A stretch of DNA of 60,856 nt, counting the filler, from Hausera hauseri (lineage: Eukaryota), in NCBI GenBank assembly GCA_046269625.1. It is 10 parts of 10 records of this genome, joined end to end, with 100 filler letters (N's around TTAATTAATTAA, not from the genome) between each part and the next. Parts side by side here need not be neighbours in the genome. Positions count along the whole stretch, not along the records: positions 37,898 to 44,055 come from JBJURY010132872.1; positions 44,156 to 49,899 come from JBJURY010196303.1; positions 50,000 to 56,779 come from JBJURY010066327.1; 7 more parts are not named here. One strand, given 5' to 3'. Shown here piece by piece: positions 39,416 through 52,528 of this stretch (positions within the stretch are counted from its first letter, which is position 1; each line of letters starts with the position of its first letter). The notes beneath the pieces were generated by a model. It worked only from the letters and a program-made list of their open reading frames with translations, had not been told where the DNA came from and ran no database searches. Position numbers and translations under genes: made by a program.

Positions 39416-39805
39416 TCATAACGATTCGTAATATTGTGATCCCTCATTAGTTGCCAATAAACTGTCGTAAGGTAGAATAATTTTCTCATAATTAATTCTC
39501 AGTGCATAAACGTGATTGCTACTCTTATAGCCCAATTTCATACCAATTTTCGGCCAGAGTTTGTTAACGGTCACATGATCATAGCCGGCATTTTTACGAA
39601 CTAGTTTGTGTAATTTGTGCGGATCTAGATGTCGTCCGTTGATATTTGGTACTTTCAATTTGTCGGATCCTTGCAATCGCATAAACTGGGATAATTTCGT
39701 CAGAAAATTCAATTTAATTAGTGATTTGGCTTTCATTTCACAAAGCCTTTGTACTCTCGGTGTAAACTGAAGTGTGTTGGCATTTGGAGAAAATGTCGGT
39801 TTAAG
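39416..39805 (-). pseudogene. KDM5: KDM5/JARID1 fragment (JmjN-ARID linker and ARID domain)
   Basis: LQFTPRVQRLCEMKAKSLIKLNFL..L..F.RLQG..LKVP.I..R.LD...L..LV....GY..V...KLW.KI..KLGY......LR..YEKIILPY. Confidence 0.85.
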
Positions 39806-39809
39806 GAAG

Positions 39810-42800
39810 GCGCAAAATCACTGGCTGAGTGGCAGATAGACGGGCTAAGAACTGACCAAGAGGACCACGACGGGCAGCATTCCCGTCTAGCGGTACCGGG
39901 TGACAGATAAATCTCCGGGATTGTGGTGACGTCTACAGCCGCGGCACCACATCCTCCCAGTGGCAAAGATAATATTACTTACGGCAAAAAAGAAAAACAA
40001 AGTGAAAAGGGAAAAAAGTGTGCGTGATCTAATCAGTTTTTGTACGAACGAGACATTGAACCTTATCGATACTTTGTTCTCTGCTATATTTACTGAAGGT
40101 AACTGCCTTGCTCTGTTTGGCGTGCTGTTTAACTGCTTGCTGAAATGGTTGGGGTAAAGTTATGTCTTGATTAGACATGTGGGCAAGTTGAAAACTGGTC
40201 GGTATATCATTTCGTTTCTCTTTATGAGTTGCTGCGGATTTTAAGGTAGCAGATTGAAGTGTAGGCAGATTGCAAGAAGAACTGAAAGAGTCAAGAAAGG
40301 TTGGTGCAGACTCAACCGAGGAATCTGGTGTGTCATTAACGAAGAACGCGGGTTTTACGTTCGTTATGTGCACGTTTTGTTCTTTTCCGTTTTTGAGTAT
40401 TGAAATTGTGTGTGAAGTAATGTTAAGAATTTTAAACGGTCCTAAATAGTGCGGTTGAAATCCAGATGGTGACGGATTTTTTAACCATACGACCTTTGCA
40501 TTAAATAGGAGTCAGGTAAATATGTTTTGTCGCCATGTATTATTTTACAGAAAGTCTCGACTTAGCCGGACGAAATGATTTTGTGCGGACCTAATGGTTT
40601 CGTCAGTCGGTGTGTTGTCTAAATCGGTCAGTTCAAAAAGTACACGAATTGTGGTGCCGAAGAGTGCTTCAGCGGGTGCGCAACCGGTGGTGGTAGATGG
40701 TATGTTGCGCCAGCCGAGTAATACAAATGGAAGGATGGTAGTCCAGTTCGTATGTGTTTCGGCTAGAATTTTTAGGGAGATTTTAAGAGTTCGATGAAAT
40801 CGCTCCAATAAGCCGTTCGATTGTGGATGGTATGGAGTAGTATGAATATGGTTTATGCCCAGTCGATTAACTAAGGATGTGAATAGGTTTGATTCGAACT
40901 GGGGGCCTTGATCTGTGATAATATAGCGTGGTGAATCGAACCAACTAATCCAAACCCTTATGAATGCATCGGCGATGGAGTCAGTGTTGATGGAGCGCAA
41001 GGGAACAGACTCGGGCCAACGAGATGCGCGGTCCATCATTGTTAAGATAAACTGGTGGCCATTATCAGAAGGTAATGGGCCAACAATATCTATGTGAATT
41101 GATTCGAAACGAGACGTACAGGGGAAATGGATTAATGGTGGCTTAAGATGCTTAGCTACTTTGAATTTTTGGCAAGCCACATATTGCTTAACTTAACCCT
41201 GTACGTCGGATCTCATTGATGGTCATGTGACGTGACGTTTGAGTATGCGGAATGTAGCCTTCGAACCTGGGTGATGCAACGAATGAATATGGTTAAATGC
41301 TGTTTGTTGAAGAGAAGGTGCCAAAATTGGCAAATGGTGCCAAAGTGTCGACGTGTCCATGGCTACGCCATCAATGATTTGGACAGATTTATATTGTTTA
41401 AGTATTTTAGTAGAAGGAGGATTCTGAACCAATTGTTCTTTAGAAAAAATAGGCATTGCGCTAACCGATCGTGATAAAAATCCGCTATTAAATTATATAT
41501 GCCAGAAATGTAGCAGGTTTTAAAGTTGGACGTCGACAAGTACGAAATATGACGTTCTTGTCGAAGTGATGGATGCTTCGTGTTCATTACTTGAACGAGG
41601 GGCTTGTGGTGTGTTTGAATGGTGAAAGACCGAGCGATAAGTAAAAGTGAAAAATGTTTAAGAGCTAAAACGATGGCTAGGAGTTCCCTATCGAAGGCGG
41701 AATAACGGAATTCTTGTGAATGGAGCTTACGTAAAAAGAATTCTAGTGGTTCATTTGTTCCTTGAGATATTTGATGGAGAACCGCTCCGACGGCTGTGGC
41801 TGATGCGTCGGTTGTCAGAATGAGATCGGCATCAGGTTTTGGGTAAACCAAGATTTTAATGGTTTTAAGATTACTGCGGAGTTCATCAAACTGGTTTAGA
41901 AGTTCTGGCGTCTAATATAAACGTTTCTTCTTTGGCCCTGCTCCTAGTTGAGCGAAAGTAGCGGTTAACTGGCTGCAGTGCGGAACGTACTTATGAACGA
42001 AATGCAAAGTCCCGAAAAAGCCTCGCATATCAGTTGTAGTTTTTGCCAGTTCGACATTTCATAATTGGTTAATCCTATCAGGCTGTGGACTGTGACCGTC
42101 AGATGTGAAAATGTGCCCTAGGAAGTTGACTTTCTTTTGAAAAAATGTGCATTTTGCGAAGTTAACCTGTAAGTTCTTGTTATGCAGGCGTTAAAAAACG
42201 AGGTTGAGATGTTCAGCGTGTTGCTTAGGTGAAGATGATGCTACCAATATATCGTCGATATATGGGTAAGCGAATGGTAGACCTGAAAGAATAGAATCGA
42301 TATGCCGCTGAAAAGTTTGGGCTGCGTTCTTTAAGCCAAACGGCATGAAGGCATATTCGAAGAGGTCAAATGGTGTTATTATCGCCGTATTTTGAATGTC
42401 TTTAGGCGCTACCGGTATTTGGTCGTAGGTTTTTTCTAGATCTATAGTAAAGTAAATTGTAGTTTTATGCAACGAATGTAAGATGTCCTTCATCAACGGT
42501 AAAGGGTAAGCATCCATGATGGTGACATTATTATGTTGACGATAATCGCCGCATGGTCGGAATGTACCATCTTTTTTGGTACCACGTGAAGTGGTGAAGC
42601 CCAAGGTGAATTCGACCGGTAAATTATTCTTGCTTGTTCAAGTAACATGAATTTAGATTGAGATGCATGTCGACGGCGTGGTGATAGTGGCCTGAGTTTT
42701 TGCCTGATGGGCTGAGGATTTTCGGTGATGATGTAATAGAATGTCGAGCTAGTTGGTCTAAAAGTTGGGTCTTTTGCAATTGTATGGAAGCAGGACTTAG

Positions 42801-44055
42801 TTATGTATTGCTGGATTTCTTGACTTCATGAGGCAAATGGCGTTGTTAGTAAATTAAATGGTTGATCAATAGCAGGCCTGGATATGGCCGATGTTAAACT
42901 GTCTAAATCGTCTTTGTCAACGTTTTCTACTTTCTTACCATTCGACGGAAATATAAAATTATTAAAATCAGTAGTGTTAAAATTTATATTTGCATTTAAA
43001 TTAGGTAATGACGTTTTTAGTATAGGCATGACAAACGAGGCAGGCTGCGCAACCGATGGAGAGTTATCTGTATACGTTGCATGTACTTGATTGTTTCTAA
43101 CTAATCTGCTGTGTCTACAGTCTACTAGAAGGTTGGAGAAAGATAAAAAATCGGAGCCAAGTATTGGTGACTGTGTGTCGGCTACGGTGAAGGTCCAGCT
43201 GAAAACGTCAAGAAAAGGCTGTAACATGAACGAGATTTTAGACGTGCCGTACACACGTAATGCTTGTACATTAGCTGTATATAATTTCTTGGCTGACGGG
43301 AAAGGGATTTAATTTTAGTAGACAGAGGCAGAAGAGACACTGCTGCTCCAGAGTCGATTAAATAATTAATCTACTGAGTGGGCTTAGTTGTTATTAAAGC
43401 GTTTAGAGTAAATACGGCATAAGTACGGCTGTTACGGTGGAGATATTTTCCTGTGCCAGCACGCGCCGAAACATCTGGCGGCTTTAGCCGTTTTTTGAAG
43501 CTACAGGATTTAAATTGTTGGAAGGAGTAGGCTGTGAGGAATTTAAACGGCCGATGAAAGTGCAACCCTCAATGCACTTGTGCGCTTTGGTGTTAAATTT
43601 ATTGTGGTATACACAGATGATGTGAGGTCGTCTGAAACTAGGCACATAAAACCTACATCCTAAGCAGCATTTATTAGTATTATTTTTGAATTTGGTGTGA
43701 TAGTAACATACCATCGATCGCGCAGGCGACCTCGAAGGTCTCGAAATTTGAGATGAAGTGCGGCTATGGTCCGCATCAAAACGATTCCGCCTCGGCATGA
43801 TCAGGGCATGTATTTTTGACGTGAGTAATCAGATTGTCTGATATATATTGGCGTTTTCGGTGCGTAAAGAATTTATTTATTTGTTCATAGTTGATATTTC
43901 GTTAATCTGTTGTGTCGTTGCCGTTTATAGCGTAGCGGAAACTAATGGCGGTAATTGTGAATGTAGTATTTCGTGACTTTTATCAGCCAATTGTGCCAGT
44001 ATTTGTAGTGTCTCTGAATTCTTGACTATTGTCCAGAGTGCGCGAATGTCTCTTG
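39810..44055 (-). mobile_element. CsRN1-like Gypsy element (gag-PR-RT-RH-IN, PPT, 3' LTR start), decayed
   Basis: Two CHCC motifs; AAAAAAC slippery site at 43490-43496; LIDSGAA; FGLKNAAQTFQR; YIDD; TDAS; HIDIVGPLP; TDQGPQFES; YHPQSNGLLERFH; GPF; PPT GGGAGGA (39952-39958) then TG at 39951. The distal LTR end is uncertain. Confidence 0.93.
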
Positions 44056-44621
44056 NNNNNNNNNNNNNNNNNNNNNNNNNNNNNNNNNNNNNNNNNNNNT
44101 TAATTAATTAANNNNNNNNNNNNNNNNNNNNNNNNNNNNNNNNNNNNNNNNNNNNTTGTTCGTCGTTTGAATACAAGGCCTTGTTTTTATTAAAACCTTC
44201 TATGGAAATTTCAACTGGTTTTCTACAGGCAGTTTGGAAAACAAATACATTGGGTTTCCGATTATGTTCGTTAACGAATTCATTAAGACTTTCATATGGA
44301 ATATCGTTAAACCAATTTTGATCTCGTTTACGATGATCATCAAATGGATTCAATGTTCTTTTGCTTGTAGTTTGAAATTTAAACTTCTGACACTTGTTGG
44401 TTTTGGGTTAAATCCTTAATTTTATTTAATTCCGTCATTTAAAAACAAGAAAGGAATAGCAAACACAAGTTATAATTTTTCAAATGCAAAAAACTCAATA
44501 TTTACAAATATCCATATTGTATTGCAACGATAACGTCATTATCTTGATTTTTAGCATTTCGGGATTTAATCACTATCGAACTCATTATCGGCATCTTTCA
44601 GCATTTCCGTTTTATTATCGG

Positions 44622-44966
44622 CTAAGTAATTTTCCAGTGGCATACGAGACGTTGAAATGTAGAAATCTTCGGCCGCACTTGCTTTACAAATAATCGAACG
44701 AACGAAAATGATAATATTTTCATTCCATCACAGAACCTCCGAAATGCTTTATTTTGTACTAAATGCGTATAATGCATATACATGTTGATAAATGCCGTTT
44801 GGTCGAGAGTATCTCCTTTTACGCGATTTACAAAACATGCCAGAATTTTGTCAATAACTCCAATCAGCAAACTGTAATCTATATCTTTATCAAGTGGTAA
44901 CAAATTTCGCTGAAGATTCTCGTTGAGATACGTTATCTTCCTTTCTTTTTGCATATAAAAGTCCAA
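44622..44966 (-). other. Unidentified coding-like fragment
   Basis: 114-aa ORF of globular composition; no family recognised. Confidence 0.25.
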
Positions 44967-45207
44967 AATATTGTCAGAACATTGTGTACCGAATCACCCA
45001 CCGCTAATTTAATCTAGCGTTGATTTCATGATGTCATTATATACAGCAATTAAAAATATGACGCTGACACCTGTTTCTTGATCACTCAGATATTTATTTG
45101 ATCAGATTTATTTGACCTTTGTCTTTCACTGATTAGGAAATATTACCGATACCGTCGTAGAATAATAATTGGTGTTGTATAGTCTGGGTTGAGGGTATCC
45201 AGTATTT

Positions 45208-45437
45208 TGATGTTGTGTTCGGATACAAGGAAATCGTTCTGTTGGAAATTGAGTCATTGTGTCAAATCTCAAATAGGAATATATAAATCTGGGTTGTTGT
45301 GGTTCTGATGAGATATTCTGGCACGATGAGATAAAAGCAGCAAAAGTTCATCAATTTGTCGGCAATTACAAAACAAATAACAACAAAAGAGAAAACAATA
45401 ACAGTGTATTTACAAAGTCTTGTTGGGCACAACATCA
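45208..45437 (-). repeat. 3' LTR (230 bp) of a CsRN1-like element
   Basis: Perfect 10-bp terminal inverted repeats TGATGTTGTG...CACAACATCA, preceded on the minus strand by a poly-G PPT (45441-45452). Confidence 0.85.
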
Positions 45438-48400
45438 CTGCCCCCCCCCCCCGTGAAAAAGCAAAGACTAGAGAGGTAAGAAAGTGGAAAATGGGTAGAA
45501 ACGGTACAGGCAGTCTAAGTGGTCTTTGTCTTGGTAAGACACTGTACTCCTGCAGCGTTAATCTCCTTACTTTATGTTCTAAATGTGACTGATTTGTGAA
45601 TTTTCAATGTCTTGGAACCTGCTTGTTGGGGTGACTGAGATGCAACAAAGTCGGATTTGGTCGTGTTAGGTGTTGTGTCGTACAAGGCCGAGAAGGAGAT
45701 GGAGGATAAGATGTAGGAGGAGAGGAAGTAAAAGTTGTTAGGGTAGTAGAATTGGAGCTTGGAGGAGGTTCTGGTAAAGAAGTAGAAATAGAGGTCGGCA
45801 TGGAAAGGGGTGCGGGTGGTGGAGGAACTAAAAGAAGGAAAGGCGGAGGAGTCAGAAAGGGGATAGAAGATTCAATTTGAGGGGTATTTTCTACGAAAAA
45901 GGCAGGCTTGACGCTGTTGATATGCACCGCTAGTTCCTTACCGTCTATAGAAATAATAGCATTGTGGAAATGCAAATAAACGAGTTTGTAAGGCCCCAAA
46001 TACCGTTTTATTGTTATTTATGATCCTGCAGAATGAATCTTTACTGATTGAGACAAGGTGGTCTTGTGCCGATCAGATAGCTTCGTCTGTATGTGTATTT
46101 TCCAAGGCAGTTAACTCAAACAATGAACGTACAGCTGCTCCGAAGAGGGCTTCCATAGGTGAACAACCTGTAGAAGTAGGAATGTTTCGCCAACCCAGTA
46201 GAACTAACGGAAGACGAGTAGTCCAACTGCTATTGGATTCAGCTAGGATTCTCAGTAACGTTTTTAGTGTTCGGTGGAATCTCTCTAGAAAACCATTCGA
46301 TTGGGTGTGATATGGTGTTGTGTGAATGTGTCTGATTCCTAATCGTTAAGGAGTGATTTAAACAAGTTGGACTCAAACTGAGTGCCTTCGTCCGTAATAA
46401 TGAATCTAGGGGATCCAAACCTGCTGATCCAAGTGCGTATAAAAACGTCGGCTATTGTGTCCGTGTTAGTGCTCCGTAGGGGGACAGCTTCTGGCCAACG
46501 TGAGGAACGATCCATCATGGTCAAAATGAACTGATGACCGTTGTTAGGAGGAAAAGGGCCAACGAGATCAACATGAACAGACTCGAAACGTGATATTCAA
46601 GGGAAATAATATAGTGGTGGCTTTAAATGTTTGATTTTAAATTTCTGGCAAGCCACGCACTCCTTAACCCACGCTTGCACATCAGAACGCATTGACGGCC
46701 AAATTACCTGTCGGTGGAGTAAACGAAAAGTGGCCTTAGCGCCAGGGTGGTGTACCGAATGTACACTGTTAAATGCTTGCGTTTGTAAAGGTGGTGCGAG
46801 AATTTTTACTGAATGACTGGTTTGGAAGTGTCTAAAGCCACGCCGTCAAAAATTATGTAAGATTTAAAAGAAGTAAGCATGTCCTGAAGTGGCTGGTTCT
46901 GTTGGAGTTGTACTTGAGAGAAGATTGAAAAATTAATCGAACCAACTGTCCTAGATAGGAAATCGGCAAGAAAATTATTAAACCCGTTAATATGTTTAAT
47001 GTCAAAATTAAATGTCGACAGATATGATATCTGTCGTTCTTGCGTGAGGAAGGATGTTTCATAGCCATGATGTTTAGCAAGGGCTTGTGATCGGTCTGTA
47101 TGGTAAAACGGTGAGCGACAAGTATGTGGGAGAAATGCGTTAATGCGAGTACAATGGCCAATAATTCTCGATCGAACGTTGAATATCTAGTTTCAGGGGA
47201 TGTTAGCTTACCAGAGAAAAATTCTAGCGGTTGATTGTCTCCTTTGTGTATTTGATGAAGCACAGCACCTACCACGGTGGTTGAAGCGTCTGTAGTATGG
47301 ATGAGTCCCTCATCAGGCCTGGGGAACGCGAGAATGTCGGCGGTCTTAATTCCTTCGCGTAGCTTATCAAACGTATCAACCTGATCAGGTGTCCACTGGA
47401 ATGGCTGATTCTTTTTTCCACCGCTTAAGTGAGCAAATGGTGCGGTAAGTTCAGAGCAGTACGGCAAATACTTGTGAACGAAGTGCAAAGTTCCCAAAAA
47501 GCTACTCATTTCTGTTGTTGTTCGAGGTAGTTGTATACTTTTGAGGGCTTCAGCACGTTCTGGCTGAGGAGAATGACCATTTGCTGAAATGATGTCTCCG
47601 AGAAAGTTAATACGCTTTTGAATGCAGTGACATTTTGTAAAATTAATTTGTAAATTATTGTGGTTAAGTCGTTGGAAGATAGAATGAAGGTGTTCCTCAT
47701 GCAGTTTGGTTGAAGACGAAGCAATCAAGATATCGTCGATATATGGATGCGCGAAAGTTAAATCCGAGAGGATGAAATCGATGTGATGTTGGAAAGTCTG
47801 CGCAGCGTTGCATAAACCAAAAGGCATATAAATGTATTTGTACAGACCGAAAGGTGTCGTAACGGCAGTTTCCTCGATATCCTTGGGTGCTACAGGAATT
47901 TTATAATATGCCTTGGCTAAGTCTATGGTTGAATATACTGTAGTGGAATTGAGCCGGTGCAGGATATCCTTAATTAATGGTAAAGGATATGCATCTATAA
48001 GAGTTAAAATTTTTAGCTGACTGTAATCACTTCATCGAAGCCTTTAGTATGAAGACTGCAAAAGAAGTGTGTCGGCAGGTAGTATTAGAGAAGTTTCCTT
48101 TGCCAGACTCTGCCGTGAGTACTGGCAGCGAAATTAGTTTTTTTGGATTGGTGAGATCGGCCGACCATTATTAAGGGAAATAGAACGTCTATCGGTAGTA
48201 TGGTTGGCGTTGTTCTTATAGTTTCAGCTTGAAAGACATTTCGGAGCGTGGAATCCAAATTTCGCATGGTAGATGCAAACGATCTTGTTTGAATGTAAAT
48301 TTGGAGTGTAATAGCTACACCCTAAACAGCATTTATTAGCTTTATTATGAAATTTTCTATGATAATGGCACCAAAAGATCGTGTAGGCGATGGTGACCTG

Positions 48401-49600
48401 TTTCTGGAAACAGGACGCGTATGATTATGAATCGGAACACTTCATCATAGTAATGAAAGGTCGTTCAACCTATTATTAATGTTATTTATTGTCTGTTATA
48501 GTGCTAAATTTTCAGTGCGTAATTGCCTCAACTGTTGCCATATTTTTGTATTGAGTTGATTGTCGCTTGTCGTGATCGCTGCTGATACAATTGGTTGAGA
48601 ATTCGATTGTAGCACTTCATATGCTTTATCAGCCAATTCTGCCAATTTATCCAACGCCGTAGATTCCTCGACAACGGTAAGAAGTGCACTAATTTGTATA
48701 GGCAACGCGTTTAAGAAATATCGTGGCAGAAGGTCTGAATTATGCTGCCTAGTTACACCTAGTGGTTGTACGTGAGTCAACGACGTACGCCGGAAATCAG
48801 AAGGCTTTTGTGTTCCCATTGCGTTATTATTAAAGAATCTATGGATTATGGAATCCATATACGGTTCGGTAAGTTTTAAGGCTGCGTTATAGAGATGTGT
48901 GTACGGGTCGGATTGTTGAAAGATGTCTAAAATATCGTGAATAGAAGTCTTTAATGTGTTTGGTAAGAGGCAAAGTAAACTATGAGTTTTTGCTTAGGGA
49001 TCAGTAACATTGTTATTCTGCAGCCAAAGTTTGTGAAAGCTAAACCAGGTTTTTCTGCATTTTTCATTATCGATAAAATATTCTGTGCACTGAGAAGTGT
49101 GTTTGGCTGGCGGGATGGAAGGTGTATAACTGGTGAAAGTATATGTCGTGGTTACGGTCGTTGATTTTCTGGTGAAAAGCAAAATATGATGGTTTAGAGG
49201 CTGTTTTGTCAGTGGTGTCGATGGTGGGTGAAGGGTCTATTTCACCACGTATGCGCAAATGTACATGGATAACGAGATGCATGGTTGAAGGAGAAAAAAT
49301 GTGGACATTGGTATTAACGAATGATAGATTATTAAGAGTTAAGTAAAAGTCTGAAAGGGCAGTAAAATGTTGTATATATTTATGTACGTACAGTGAGTCT
49401 ATATGGTATATTATATGGTGCGTCAGTATTTGAGAATTATTTAATAAAAAGTAAAACGAAAGAGGTGTCACAGGCCTTATTGAGTGGTGTGGCGATGGAA
49501 TGAATTATGGTGTGGGACGTACTGACAAAGGACGGACGGCCGGGAGGTCGGTCACGCTGCCATGCACCCGAAAGTATGGGGTAGCCCAGGCTCCACCGGG
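45208..49600 (-). mobile_element. CsRN1-like Gypsy element with protease and RT N-terminus deleted
   Basis: gag ~48130-49240 is homologous to 36020-37100; AAAAAAC at 48137-48143; jumps to DYSQLK..T.IDAYPLP near 48030; YIDD, TDAS, TDHKPL, integrase core, GPY. The 5' limit is approximate. Confidence 0.92.
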
Positions 49601-51314
49601 GGTCCAGTCAGAGATGCATGTTTTTTCGAGTGTTCAATCGTATTTCCATGGAGATCGACACTCAACTGAGTAGCATCAGTAGGAACGGTATTACTGTTGT
49701 TCAAAGTAATAGAACGCAAATGGAGGTTAGTCATAACAAGGGGTATATCAATGTATACTCCGCGAATCACAGTTTCAAAGGAATTCAAAGGACGTATATT
49801 AAAAATCAGTGTCAGACATAAAACTCTCAGATAAAGATTTAATTTAAGGGCTGATGAAAATGTTAGTGGATAGTATGAACAAATATGGGGAATATCTAAN
49901 NNNNNNNNNNNNNNNNNNNNNNNNNNNNNNNNNNNNNNNNNNNTTAATTAATTAANNNNNNNNNNNNNNNNNNNNNNNNNNNNNNNNNNNNNNNNNNNNG
50001 AGGCTTGTCAACTGAGAGATGTTGTGAACCGTGCACTCACTGAGTTGAAAGGAAATTTCGGGAAAAAAGGCGAGAATTCTTTTTCTTCACCGCTGCCAAC
50101 GTATTATGATGATTGTGTACTATTTAGGAAGCCTCAGTACCCAGCTTGTAGCGTACCAAACAACTTTAGTTCTGAAAACAAAGTGAGGTTCATAAACATT
50201 GCTACATCTCCTGAAGTTTCGAGAGTTCTGAGGTCTAATTCGAATGCTTCATCCAAATCACAAATTCTTTCTGCCATACTAATTCCTCAGATGTAAGACG
50301 AGTGTCGTTGTTGATTTTTTTGTTGTGTGCAGGCGTGAGTGACCATTTGAAGCTCAATTCACAAGCTGCATTGTTGGCTTGGGGCTTTGTTCTGCTTCTT
50401 CCATTGCTTTCTTTTCACTGCTGTTTTCTCTTTCTTTTTCTTTTTCTTATACTGATGTTGATGAACTACTACGTTCTTTTTCTTCCAGCACATTCTTTCC
50501 TTGGTTATGCAACAGTGTTGTTGAGAATATTGACAGGAGTCATCTTCAGCGAATTATTGTGTGATGCGAATGATATTTGAGGTATGTTCAGTTAAATGCT
50601 TGAAGTGATGTATTCTGTTGCTATTCATTCTTTCTGTCTTTCCTGACCAGCAAGAATGTTCTTTAGCTTGATACCATTTCAGTTCGTAGCATTACGGTCA
50701 TGATGATCAGTCATCATAGTTGCTTGATGGAGTATACATATAGAGATAATATTATACTAGACATAACCAACATATTAAACATATTCGTTTCCCTGAACTC
50801 ATTGAATTTAATAGTTTTTTCTTTTTATGTATCTCTTTGCCTTCTCAACTTTTTTTCTTTGTTTATCATGCTGCTTGTGTTGCTGCTTACCCTTTTAATT
50901 GTGTGTAAGGGTACTTCGGCCATATTGGCAGTTGTATACTGAATCTATCCTGGTCAGGGTGGATGAGGTAACAATTTACCGGATTGATACTTGGCATGTA
51001 GCACTGTCCCTCTCCAACATGGTGTCAAATGATAGTTTATGTCATTGTTATTATTGTTTCGAGAGTGCTTTCTGAACATGTTGTGATTGCTGTTGCCCTT
51101 GTTCATTTGCTGTTTTCCGTCTCCCTCACACCTTCTTCCTTTGTTAATTGAGTGTCTTCTTCCGCAGCTTACATTACGGCAAGCTATTCTGAGTGATTTG
51201 TGATGAAGGCCTCGGAAAACGAAGAGGGAAGTACAGAACCATAGTATATAGTGTGTTTTGTGCTAATTGTCTTTTTTTATATCACAACTCACTGTGCTGC
51301 CAGCATTGTAGTGG

Positions 51315-51899
51315 ATGTCTGACGACCGGAGTGGTTTTGATGTTGTAGTCCATGGAATCGTTGAATGCGCGGAATGTCTTGAAGCCGATATGATATATTG
51401 CCGGACGTTCATCTCAAAAGGGCCAGATTGGTCCGTGACATCACCGGCCGCCAGTGGTGAGCGTGTCAGCAACGTTGAAATAATTACGCAACTGTCCGAA
51501 AGGCTGCCTGGACCTGTTGCAAAGTTTACCTGGAACGCCCCGTTTGAATGTTGCTTTCGATCTACGAACATTTCTGGATGGCCCCAACTAGCGATACAGC
51601 TGAATACTATCAACAGCGTTGGGAAGGATATTCTTGTAGGGTACGCGCGGTGTCATATACCAACACATTCAGGGCATTTTACACGCGAACTTACACTTAT
51701 GCAGCCCCTATGTAGCACACCGCAACAGCGGCTGTTTAGTTCGTTGTTTGGAACTGGCCCACCAGAGATACGAGATATTAACTTTCTGTGTTCAGCTGGG
51801 GAGAGGGCAATGATCCATGCCAAGCGACTACCTGGTTATATTCGGGTCACATTCAACGTAATTGTTGATGGTCAAACAGTGCTTGGGTATGACGTGTGA
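51315..51899 (+). CDS. B9D1: B9 domain protein 1 (ciliary transition zone), intronless
   Basis: G.VE.A...D..YC....GPDW, TWN.PF...F.STN..GWPQ, G.D...GY...H.P, terminal LGYD; intact 194 aa. Confidence 0.88.
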   Translation: MSDDRSGFDVVVHGIVECAECLEADMIYCRTFISKGPDWSVTSPAASGERVSNVEIITQLSERLPGPVAKFTWNAPFECCFRSTNISGWPQLAIQLNTINSVGKDILVGYARCHIPTHSGHFTRELTLMQPLCSTPQQRLFSSLFGTGPPEIRDINFLCSAGERAMIHAKRLPGYIRVTFNVIVDGQTVLGYDV

Positions 51900-52528
51900 A
51901 GTGATGCGTATGAAGCCTCATCTACTAATAGATGAATCCTTCATTCCATGCATACATATGCATGATAACACTGTTGTTGCAACAGTCAGCTAGTAGGCTG
52001 CATAGAGCAATCTATATGTATGTATATATAATTTGCGAGAAGATAGTAACGTCAATGTTTATATAGCATCAAGTGCTACTGATTTACAAAAATGTTTGTT
52101 CATACACTTACTTGTAACCAATGCTGAAGTACATGTGCTTTGCTGGATGTGATGTGAGCAGTGTACTCACAGTGACGTTTATAGAGCGACAGTTGTTGCC
52201 GCGCCTGTCTGTGTTTACTGTTCTTCTAGTTCCCTGTCCATTATCACTTTCTGTGCGCGTACACATACCCTTTGTCTTGTTTCGTGTACTGCCTTTTTCT
52301 TTTTTTCTGCTCGATTCATTTTAGTGATAGGAACACATTGTACTGTCTCGATCAAAGGAAAAGGAGAAGGGGGATTCTACGAGAATCAGTGGCTGTCAAG
52401 GGAGTAAGAAGGTTTGGCTAGAAGAATAGATATACAACAGACTTTTGTTTGGTTCCAGAGGATAACGTATTGAGTGAAGCTGACTCACAAGGAATCAGTG
52501 AAGCCTACTTCTCTGTAACGACGAGGTC

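Noticed and set aside
49600-49899. Expected 5' LTR of the contig 8 element
   Set aside because: No match to the 45208-45437 LTR; it is probably beyond the contig end or lost.
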